Positions 8,807 to 18,900 of a stretch of DNA of 20,000 nt are shown here, piece after piece. Position numbers and translations under genes: made by a program. Source of the stretch: Blastocystis sp. subtype 4 (Eukaryota); contig NW_014569529.1 of NCBI RefSeq assembly GCF_000743755.1, positions 53,217-73,216 of the forward strand. The letters are read 5' to 3'. The notes under the pieces are model-generated. The model was given only the letters and a program-made list of their open reading frames with translations, was not told the DNA's origin and did no database searches. Position 1 is the stretch's first letter. The number at the start of each line of letters is the position of its first letter.

Positions 8807-10254
8807 ATGGGATCAATGCGTGTTCTAGTTGTTCGGTTATTGTGTGTCTTTGCCTTGTGCCTTTTGCTACTTGGATACTAGTATGACTTTTTCTAGACAG
8901 CTTTTTTATCTATGTAGTGAATTCTCTGTTCTATTTAAGCCACCACAACGGCCATTAGTAATCCAGGAGCAAAACCTTCGTTTTGATGTAAGAACTAGAT
9001 GTATATCTCACGTAAAAGAATAATGTTCAACAGCATCTTGTTTCTACTTCCTCTTTAACTATTGTATCTGTTGGAGAGTACATTTTCGTAAATTGTGTCT
9101 GATCTTTGTAGTATAACTCATTTCAACTATATTTATCAACAAGTTGTGTTTTGGATGGGGTAGAACTGGACTGTTCGATAATATTTTAGATCCCTCTCTG
9201 TGGTTATTAGCATTAGTAAGAAAGATGAAGAATTATTGAGTTCAATGGTCCAATCGTCTCTTTTCCCAGCTCGAGTGATTGTGACCCCATTTGAAAATGA
9301 AATGGATTCATTTCCTATTAATACTCTCCGTAATATTGGATACAATACAGTTACTTCAACACATGTTCTTGTGCTCGACCTTGACGTGCTCCCTTCTCGT
9401 AGGAATCTCCTTATAATTCTAATGAATTAGCGTCACTTTACTCTTCATTTCTTTCCCTTCCCTTATCTGCGTTATCTGATGACAATTTGGCTATTGTTTT
9501 ACCACTATTTGAAATGAACTCCTATTCGATTCCCTGCACCAATTGGTACTCATGCCAAGAGCAGTAAGAATTGATCTGAATTGTGATTTCCAGATATAGT
9601 CATCTTTATGATCTTACGAAATATGACTTGAAGATGGGAATTACGACGGGAGCATGTAAAGAGTTGGGTCATAATGGAGTGAATGTAGGACTCTGCACAT
9701 TCTTTGATGAGTAGCAATATATGAATAGTAAGTGGTATTCTCAACCCATAACGAATCCTCTTGTGCCATATCAATGTTGGGCGAACTTACAGCAACAGCC
9801 GTAATCTCGGATGCATAACCTCATTTTTAGTTTTGTGATTGTACGACATTCAGCTCAAGTTCCCCTATTTTATGACAAGCTTGTAGACCATGGAAGGAAT
9901 CGATTAGAATGGATTAATCATCTTCGTTACCGTGGTTTTCATTTTTCGCTTTTGACCCAATCCTGGCTATATCATTTACGGCACAGTTCACAGGAGGTAA
10001 CAGGATCCAGAGCTTATCAGAATAGCATGATCTTTGAGAATCGTGAATCAGAACTATCTGAAAAGTACCAGGGACACTGGATGCTTCCTCTGTGCAATAT
10101 AAAAACTGAAAGTCACTCAAGTCCAAGTAGCATGAGTGTAACTAAAGTTATTGAGAAACCAGGACGTGAGAAAGTGAAGAAGCTATCTCGGGACGAAGAG
10201 ATAGTTCGAAAGTTTGCGAAACGTCGTGAACAGCTCAAAAACAAAAAACACTAA
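8807..10254 (+). CDS. LARGE/B4GAT1-like glycosyltransferase (GT49-type domain), type II membrane; multi-exon
   Basis: The N-terminus is hydrophobic (MGSMRVLVVRLLCVFAL..., start approximate). Exons give WMGSLSVVIS, FPINTLRNIGYNTVTSTHVLVLDLDVLPS (DxD at 9377-9385) and FVIVRHSAQVPLFYDKLVDHGRNRLEWINHLRYRGFHFSLLTQSWLYHLRH, matching the LARGE glucuronyltransferase-domain pattern. Several ~30-nt introns; TAA at 10252-10254. Confidence 0.8.
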
Positions 10255-10258
10255 TGAT

Positions 10259-10276
10259 TGTTTGTTTGAACAAACA
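10259..10276. terminator. Back-to-back polyadenylation motifs TGTTTGTT (+, 10259-10266) and AACAAACA (-, 10269-10276) of the convergent GT49-like and Rab5 genes
   Basis: Two exact motifs in opposite orientation, 2 nt apart, between convergent stop codons. Confidence 0.8.
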
Positions 10277-10317
10277 GGAGATGGATAATATCTACAATAA
10301 TCTCGCAAACAGCCGGT

Positions 10318-10998
10318 TTAACAATCGCATTTCTTTTCCTTCTGCTGAGGAGCAGCAATTACAAACGCGTCCGCTTTCTCTTGTACGGGAGCACCCTTTG
10401 GAAGCTTGTGGCCGATGGATTCAAAGATCTCACGAACATTCAGAGCCATCTTTGCCGAAGTCTCCATAAACAGAAGATTGTTCTCCAAAGCATATTCCTC
10501 AGCCTCTTCGCGTGAGATCTGACGGTTATCCTCGAGATCGCACTTGTTTCCTGCGAGGGCAATGACAACGTTAGGATCGCCTCTTCTCTGCAGTTCCTTC
10601 ACCCAAGACTTGGCTCCATTAAAGGACTCCTATTCTTCACTCCATCTACAAAATCCGTACACGGCTGGTAATATCATATACTACAATAGCAGCTCCAGCA
10701 CCTCTGTAGTACATAGGAGCCAAACTGCGATAACGCTCTATTTGTGAGAGGAGAAATGGAATCATACCCTGACCTGCAGTATCCCAGATCTCGAATTTGA
10801 TTGTTACATTGTCGACATTCACTGTTTGAGTCAGGAAGGCAGCTACCTCTCAGAATCACTAAAAGAGTCAATACCTCCAATAGTAGGTTCCTGGAAGGGG
10901 AAGAATTCATCTTTCACAAAACGAACAACAAGACATGACTTTCCGACAGCAGTATCTCCTAGAAGAACGAGTTTGCAGTGAAGGGATTGATCAGCCAT
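10318..10998 (-). CDS. RAB5: Rab5-family small GTPase (195 aa, 4 exons)
   Basis: Removing introns 10843-10874, 10738-10767 and 10630-10660 gives [47 protein letters not shown]...[20 protein letters not shown]...GNKCDL...ETSAK...CDC. TIGAAFLTQ and [12 protein letters not shown] are Rab5 signatures, and CxC is a prenylation site. Confidence 0.96.
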
Positions 10999-11011
10999 TC
11001 TAATATCAGGA

Positions 11012-11038
11012 ACTACGAACTGTTAGCTAAGGAATTCC
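11012..11038 (-). promoter_or_regulatory. Candidate core-promoter/5'UTR element GGAATTC...AGTTCGTAGT upstream of Rab5
   Basis: Identical 10-mer (11021-11012) 13 nt before the ATG, with GGAATTC at 11038-11032. Mirrors the WS/DGAT upstream region. Confidence 0.45.
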
Positions 11039-11296
11039 AGTGAATAAAAAGAAACACCCACCTTATGAGGAAGTAAATCAAATCTTGACGACAAATCAAC
11101 ATTCATTACTGTTCATGATGATAATCAACATAATCCACACGGCAGAATTCTAGTAATTATATCAGTATATTTCTGTGTTTTGAATTCCGCCATATCCAAA
11201 TACAAGAGAATCTTTACAGTTGGAACGCTTTATATCTGAGGACTCTTTAAAATATTGAGTAGAGGAAAACATCAGTGATATCTTTTACTGTGATAG

Positions 11297-11431
11297 GTTT
11301 CCACAGAATACCAGAGAAGTACTAATATCTCAAATTCTGTATGGAAAACAGATTAATTATGGTACTTATCATTATCAAATATCCATTTCTTGGATACTCA
11401 CAATCGTACATACTCGCCATCTGAAACATTT
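11297..11431 (+). ncRNA. Possible H/ACA-type small RNA (hairpin-hinge-hairpin-ACA); tentative
   Basis: Hairpin 1 pairs TTTCCA/TGGAAA, CAGAAT/ATTCTG and GAGA/TCTC. An ANANNA hinge (AGATTA) is at 11350-11355. Hairpin 2 pairs GTAC/GTAC and TATCCA/TGGATA. ACA occurs at 11408 or 11426. No target was identified. Confidence 0.25.
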
Positions 11432-11459
11432 GAAGACGTTAACCACTTAGAAATCTCAT

Positions 11460-11467
11460 GACAAACA
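11460..11467 (-). terminator. TGTTTGTC polyadenylation motif for the pseudokinase gene
   Basis: One-mismatch motif 7 nt after the TAG (11477-11475). Confidence 0.7.
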
Positions 11468-11474
11468 ATTTCAA

Positions 11475-14400
11475 CTAACTCCTAAGACTAGCCAACTTCT
11501 TGCTCAACTCTTCCTGCAACTTTGTTCTCAACTCCTCTTTCTCTTCTTCCTTTAGACTCATTGCTGTTGCGATCATCTTCAGCTGCTTCTCTACGCTCTT
11601 CTCCACACCACTCTCGAAGGAATGCTTCTCATCTCCCTCAAAGGCCCGATCGCCCGAAGCATCACTTACCTTCACCATCGTTGATAGGTCATATTGAGTA
11701 TCATCAATCTGTTTCAGTGTCATTTCCAAGTAGATTTCTATTGGTTACATCAGTCCAGAATTCACACCATTTTTAGACTTAACAGAAGTAGGGCGAGTTG
11801 GTTCTTCAGAGAATCGCTCCACACGCACACTGTTAACCTGCCGAATGATTTCCTCATTTAATCGTTCTTGTAACAATTTCAGCTGCTTTTTGGGAATTCC
11901 TAAATCTTGACTGTTTAGGTAATTCATTGCATCAGTAGCAGCTCCACAGTAGTTGGCTCCCTTCATCAGATCATAAAACACGTTAAACGACAAACATGGG
12001 GAATCAATGGAATTGGCGGAGGGAAGAGTAATGGAGATTTGAAGGATAACTCGAGACTGAGGAGGAATCGGATCCTTTCCGATTGGTAGCCGTGGTCCAT
12101 ACGTCACATCCAAAATTGAAGCCTTTTGTGTCATTCCAGAATTTGATTTCTGGACAGTTACAGGCTCTGAAATCTCACTGCTAAGAACTAATGTTGGCCC
12201 TGTGCTTCGGGACAGATCTGATTTGCTGAGCCCAGAATGAGATGGAAACGAGTTGGCAGGAGGATGAGACATGGTAGTATGTGATACAGAATGAGAAGGA
12301 CGAGGCAGCAAAGGAGCTTGATACCCAATAACAGTAACTTTTATAGCTTTCCACAAATCCTCCTCTTTTTGTTGATTCTCATACACTGGCTGTAATAACT
12401 ACGAATCAGAACGATTGGTACGAAAATACCTTCAATTCGAGGAATTCCGATAATTCCTCCAAATACTGCACTTCTTCTTCTGGTGTCAATGGGGGAGTTC
12501 CACTCTGCTCCCACAGTAGTTTTAATGCAGATAACAAACGCTCAGCCATATCGATAGATGCTTCTGATTCCGACAAATACTGGAGGGATATTGGGAATTC
12601 CACTTTCAAGGTCTCACTTGAATGAGCATTCCGATTACAGAGGAAAGGAGGCAAGATTAAGGTAATTTTGGGTTCCAATGACGAAATTTTGAGGTATTTG
12701 TATAATGATAAAAACTCTGGCTTTTTTGTTAATGCCACTTTCTTATAGAATAACTTCATTGATGTTAACAATGCAGACAATGATAAGGAACAGATCAATT
12801 CCCGATCCTTTTCTGATAATTCCGAAAATCCTTGTGATTTCCGCATTCGATTGATTTGGTCAATAACAGTATTAGCAGCATTCCAAGGATATCCGCTCTC
12901 AGCAAGATCCACTTTCACAGATACAATCACATCACACTCTGCATGAGTAGAAGTTTCAAGAAACAGATCTTCTGGAACACATATGCGCAAGTGGGTTATG
13001 ACCTCAGGAATAGTGATACGATACTGAGGAGAGTCTGTATTGACACGATAGGACATAGATTCAGGATCGACCACGATTCTACGAATACTTTCATTCCCGC
13101 GGTTATTGATAGTTTTTCGTTCAGATGGCTTCCGCTCTTCTGGACCGATAAGTGGACTAGAAAGTATTGAACTATCTTGGCGAATCTCATCAAATGGCAG
13201 AGACTGATCATCTGAAGGTTGATTATAGGAGTTGGTAGGATTGGAGTCAGAAGGGGCAAGAAACGATAATTGCGATTTATCAAGACGAACTGATGGTACA
13301 GGGGGTCGAGGAACAGATAAATGCCGTATGAATGCACGTGAGAAGATAGCGTCAGAAGCAGGAGGAGGATCTGCTGATAAGGAAAATGATTCAGAAATAC
13401 AATGAGGATGAGGAGTTACTAATGGATGAATGAGTGATATATCCGGATCAGATTTCAGTGTGAAGAATGGATCTTCTAGAATATTCTCAGCAGTAGCACG
13501 CTGTTCCTACAATCATCATCTCTCATTCAATTAATACAATAGGTGCTAAACACTTCACTAAGCAGTTATAAAGATCTGTATCCACTTCCTTGATACATAC
13601 TAGGCCTTGTGGGGGCCGGCCCTACTGATCATCATTTTCTCTATCACTCACTGCTAACAGTGCTTCTAATACAGCTGCCTCATTCTCTAATTCTCCATAT
13701 GGCTGACAACCACTCAGGAGATGAATCACACACATGCCTGTAGCATACACATCCACTTCAGGACCCCAGTGGTTATCACGAAACACTTCAGGTGGAAAAT
13801 ACCCTCGATAATCTACATGACATAAATCAGCCAGATATACGATCTTCTTTGGCCCATTGAATTTGAAGATAGGGCGTATCTGGATGGGCTTCTGTTAGCC
13901 AGTAGTATCCACCCACACGTACTTGACCTGTTGAGCGAAAGTAGAAGAGAGAAGGGAGACGGATTCGACCATGAATGACAGGCTTATGTGTAGGAGTCTC
14001 ACGATGAAGTTCTGAAAGTCCCGTAAAGATATCTTGCATCCATTTACGAACAAGACTTAGATGAACTGAACCAATGGCTGCATAGACCCTAAATGGTCAA
14101 TAATGAGTCATTTGAATACGTAGCAACACTCTCATTGAGTGATTCTGTTATATAGTTTATTGTATTGTTTGCTGTAGATCTTGATTCAGCAAAACACTGA
14201 AGAAAGAAACTACAATCAATCCAACATTGAAAATTCTACTCATTGGAATCGTAATGCTCAACAAAATTCAACGCATTCATAAAACAGTCCGCCACTTCAT
14301 CCTTCCAAAGTGATATGTTGATTTTGTGGCATAACACCTCTTTTCCATCATCTGTAGAATAGGCTTTCGAACTACATAATCAATCACAATCGTAAAGAAA

Positions 14401-14533
14401 ACATCTCAAGCTGAGGATTTTTCACAACAAGTGATTCCTAGGATCATGAAAGAAATCAATAGCTTACTGTTTTGTATTTACGAAGCAGTCCTTCTTCGCT
14501 TTCACTTGCTGCTAAGGGTATCTTAACATCCAT
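11475..14533 (-). CDS. WNK/NRBP-like protein pseudokinase with C-terminal CCT/PF2-like repeats; multi-exon
   Basis: ATG at 14533 (MDVKIPLAASESEEGLLRKYK). Spliced exons give KAYSTDDGKEV, NYITES, RKWMQDIFTGLSELHRETPTHKPVIHGRIRLPSLFY..TGQVRVGG, YFPPEVF, EVDVYATGMC...QPYGE and RATAENILEDPFF, which follow the WNK/NRBP kinase fold. Downstream exons join via ~30-nt introns (e.g. 11738-11767) to TAG at 11477-11475. Confidence 0.78.
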
Positions 14534-14732
14534 TGTTCCCAGCTCAGTGAACGCTTCAAGGAATAGAATTAGTAATGGATAAAGGAGTGACAATGAATAA
14601 TGGCGGAGAATTGAAAGAATACCGCGGGAATTAGATTTGTATACAAGGATCATAGTTGAATTACACTTCACTCTTGTTCACTCAAGCCCTCGAAACATTG
14701 AACGAGATATTACTCACACTTTTTCTCCAATC

Positions 14733-15910
14733 ATGATGAAATGGCATTTGGACCAGATGGTTGGTCTTTCTACAATCTCAAAGCGCTTTGGAGGAGTGGA
14801 TGACGAGGATTTGCTGATTCTCCTTAGTCGTCTCAAGGAACTGGAAGAAGCGTACAGGTGGGAATACTCTTTCTTGTGGATGATGTGATAGTGATATTGA
14901 ACATTGTTGTGAAAGTGTCAACGATTTTGTCTCCTCTCTATCTACCAGTTTGGGATCTGTATTATTAAGCTTAACGAACCTTGAATCTATCAACACAGAG
15001 GGTACTGAGCCCAAACTCTTCAAGGCTCACATGAAGAATTTCTCGAATGAGTACGAGAAGTTTGTAAAATGCAAGATTGTAAGACTTGAGATTCTGTGCT
15101 TACGAATAGGATATGGAGATGAGCGAACTTTTACTCACAGATCTTAGTGAAAAGAAGCAAGCTATTGAGGACCTGAGAAATCGAATCTCATTGTGTCAAA
15201 AATCGTGTACTTCATTCAAGGAAATGCAATTAAGACATTCGAAGCTAAAGAATCAAGGAGAATCGTATCCAGAATTTGAAGAGGAATTTGAGAAGTTGCG
15301 AATTGTCGTAGATCAACAGAAACTACAATTGCAATCGGATGTTCATTTTATCCTTGAAAAGGAAGCTCCATTTGTTGAACATGGTATGGATATCGTATCT
15401 TTTGTAATAGAACCTAATTGATAGATCATGGGAATGATGCAACGTTCTGTTGCTCACAATGCTTCATTGCTAACAAAAGAACCTCCTAGCTATTTATTGA
15501 ACCCAGATGCTCCATTTGTGGAAGGAAAAGAGGATTCTGAGATTGATTTTGTGGTTACTCCTGGAGGAAGCCATATTTTACCCTTATCAATCAAAGTGAG
15601 TGAAATTGAAAGAACTGATGATATAGAAGGGACGCGAGATTATTTGGTCCATTCAAACCGATGGAAGTGATATTGGTTTCCGACTAGTGTATCGTGATGA
15701 GAAGAAGAATGAAACAATGATTGAACCATTGCATCGTATTGGTATATCAGGTGTTTATCAGTATAAGTAATTATGATGGATAATGTGTTTAGAGGATCTT
15801 ATGTAGGTGTGGGATCAGGAATGCTCGAACTACTCTTTGATAATTCCCATGCATTCTTCCGTTCGAAAAAGATCCATGTGCGATTAGGTGTAGCAGATGA
15901 ACAAACATAT
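14733..15910 (+). CDS. Helical/coiled-coil (BAR-like) plus C-terminal GOLD-domain protein; stop probably created by polyadenylation
   Basis: ATG at 14733 (MMKWHLDQMVG...), then multi-exon amphipathic helices. The GOLD pattern follows: FVVTPGGSHILPLSIK..GREIIWSIQTDGSDIGFRL...GSYVGVGSGMLELLFDNSHAFFRSKKIHVRL. The genomic stop at 15992-15994 would overlap the convergent gene. Confidence 0.78.
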
Positions 15911-15921
15911 TACTGTTTCTT
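15900..15921. terminator. Interlocked polyadenylation motifs: AACAAACA (-, 15900-15907) and TGTTTCTT (+, 15914-15921)
   Basis: The exact minus-strand motif is 13 nt after the sorting-nexin TAA. The one-mismatch plus-strand motif is separated by exactly 5 nt from an in-frame T (15908) of the GOLD gene. Confidence 0.75.
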
Positions 15922-18900
15922 TATTCATCCTCCTCTTCTGGAGATTCCACTAAATGAGACCACACTTCAATTGTTGGGAAAAAGGTTGAAATAGTAATAT
16001 CCAGCAGATGTAAACACACATTCTTACAAAACAGTGGATCTTGAAATTGTTCGAAGATTCGTAATAGAGAAAGTCGAATCGTTGCAATGGAATCAAACTT
16101 CTCAAGAAACTTAAACAATTCATCTGGAAACTCTGATAGTAATGCACTTCTTGCTTGACTCATTTCATTGTTTTCTTCAGAAGAGTACTGAGAGTATGAA
16201 GCATCTCCTGATAAACTTGATAGGTTCTCTAAGTACCACTCTTCATTACTGTAAGAATGAATTCTCAAACAGCCTAAGAGAAAGGCAATGTTTGTTGGAC
16301 TGATAAAATCATGTTCTAGACGCTGATAGTACTTGAAGAGACTACCACCATTAAGAATATGAGCCATTCTAAGGATCATCTCATTACCAAATACAGACTT
16401 CTCAAGGAGATAATGAAGTTTACCATACAATCCTCCAGTAGAATCAATTTGAAGGAAGTCATTCACAAAACAGAACAATTGTGATTCCAATAACTGAAGT
16501 CTTCGATACTGTGACCTATCTTCCATACTCACAGGATCTTCTGGAAGAGCTTCTTCTTCTGTTTCTTCTTCTGAAGGTTCCATGGTAGGATTCTCCATCA
16601 CATCACCTTCTGGAACAAAAAGAGCTTGAAACGAGGGAGTGGAACGAATGGATTCACATTGTAACAGTGAGTTGAAAAACACATTCAAACCAACACATCG
16701 TTTCTTCAGACTGTCAGGATCGAAGTTAGATTTCGAACCAAATTGCTTTGGAGGGAATGCTGGAAAACCGCGAGGAAGAGAAGATTCCACGGAAGTGTGG
16801 AATTGACGAAGTGTAGAATAACGATGATGAACACTAGAGATCAATATGACTTCGAACACGAACATCCAGGTTTTATCTGGAGTTAGAACATGAATCGCAA
16901 ATAGAACAATGTTTCGCTTCTCTTCCTTATTGTATACGATCGAATACTCTGAAATATCGAACGAAGTGATAGAATTAATCTGCTGTTAAGAATGACAAAA
17001 ATACTTACTAATTTGCTGATCAGAAGTGTCTGAGGATCTACTGTAACTGAATCAGGAGATGTGGAAGGAGATTCAATTGGTGAATCTATTCCAAAAATAT
17101 CCATCGATTCTGGATTATTGGAAATCGTGTCTAATTCGACATCATGAGATAAGGATGCTGACACTGTCTGAATACTGTTCACACTGTGAGAATCATTCCA
17201 TTTTGTAGGCTTCTGACCTTCATATGATAGACTGAACCTGACTCCTCCAATCAGATTACTCATCTTTACAACCTCACTTCTCTACTATTGATCCTTTGAA
17301 TAAACCGATACGTTTTCTGGAATCATCATAATAGCAGATGATGAATACCAATTCTGCCATTCTGTAGAAGTGATAGAGAGAATGAACGAATGAAGACTAT
17401 GTGTGTTAAGAAGGTGTCGTAGTGCATATTCGGCATATTTCGCATCCTTTGAATAACGAATAATTCCCGCGGGAATATTCGCCTTCTGGAAAACATCCCA
17501 AATTCCAGAAATGGTTGGTTTCAGTTTGTATTTGAAAACAGCCAAATAAGCATCCAGGAGTGATCGAACCGATGGAATATCCTCTGTTAACTATATTTAA
17601 GAGGAATATGCATATCTACACTTCGAGTAGGCTGTCGCATGTACATCGAGATTACATCTGTGGTTCTTACTTGAAGAGATTGAAGAAGAAGAGTTCTTTG
17701 TCGAAGCCATTCTTCCACTTCATCCAAACCCGACATCCAGGAGAGGGATAAGTCCGATGTGATCAGATCATCTTCAGCTCCCAAATGCCTTCGTCGAAAT
17801 AAATCTTGATATGAGAATATGAAAATGAACAAACCATTTGCCTGATTGATTTGCTTCAAAGCAACCTCCTCTTTCTCCTCCTCCTTTTCCACAATTCTCT
17901 TGAGTGTGTTCATTTCAATTTCTCCATTCTTCAGTTCTTTGGCGCGTTTACGAGCTATTCATTAAATCATATATTAGAAATCACCTTTTATTTCATAAAC
18001 ACGTTGACGGCTGTACCATGGCATACACTCACAAGCAATCACTGTATTGTTGAAGTCTAGTTTGAGTCCAAATCGGATCAAATCACTTCGTAATGTGATA
18101 CAATCTGATAATAAAGAATACTCCTTTCCATCAACTAATGATCATCTGATCATGCAAACACTCACAAAGATACGTATTCTCATCCGTTTGCTCAATCAAT
18201 TCATGAATTACACTGAGTTTCATTTTCGATTTCACTTCAAATACAATGCTCATTTCACAACAATATGAGAGATGATAAACACGGGAAAATGGATGACATG
18301 ACCGGATAAGAAACGAACCTGTGGGAGCATGAAGAAGGATTGTCTCTGCTTGAAAACGAGACAAACAAGGTGCCACATATTGCCTGCCATCATCTCGCAT
18401 ATGGATATATTGGGGAGTGAGTGCAGTATTGAGAAATGATTGATTGGACATAGCAATTTGAAGTGTAAGTGAAGTGATGATGGAATGAAGAGAATGAGTG
18501 GAAACTGCTAAAATGAATGAATTGAAAATATGGGGAGTAATCATATCCAGAGAAGGAAGGAGTATCTTCTTCGAGATGATTTCACACAAGGTATCTCGCA
18601 ATAACGAGGTATTTGAATCAACTGGAAATAGTTTAGGATATAATTGTTGAGATAACTAGAGACACAAGCAAACATCTGAGTCCTACATAGCGCAAATAAA
18701 TGACAGTGAGTTCTGGATCACATAGCGCTGGGTGATACAACCTACGCTTACGATATTCACTTTGGATTGCTTGATGACGAGCAAGCAGATTCTGCTTGGA
18801 AAAGTATCCCGCTATGAATTTTGGATCATAGGAACGCTCTTTTCTCCTAGCAAAGAATAACTAGACGTTAACAGGAGAAACTGGACCTACATCATGATTC

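Noticed and set aside
8857..8896. Possible GC-AG first intron (8866-8896) in the glycosyltransferase gene
   Set aside because: Canonical GT-AG alternatives (8857-8881 or 8857-8896) give the same frame, so it cannot be decided without cDNA.
10259..10276. Inverted repeat as a bacterial intrinsic terminator or transposon end
   Set aside because: The context is eukaryotic, and two oppositely oriented poly(A) motifs explain it fully.
11287..11400. Superficial resemblance to U14 box C/D snoRNA (ACTGTGAT...TTTCCAC...CTTGGAT)
   Set aside because: No intact box C, no complete domain A/B 18S-complementary elements and no adjacent box D.
11475..13074. ORFs 11475-11729, 11745-12386 and 12406-13074 as separate genes
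   Set aside because: They are joined by short in-frame introns (e.g. 11738-11767) and have no intervening poly(A) motif. Treated as exons of the pseudokinase gene.
15911..15994. Genuine overlapping coding sequence between the GOLD gene and the sorting nexin
   Set aside because: Better explained by cleavage and polyadenylation at 15908/15909 creating the stop codon.
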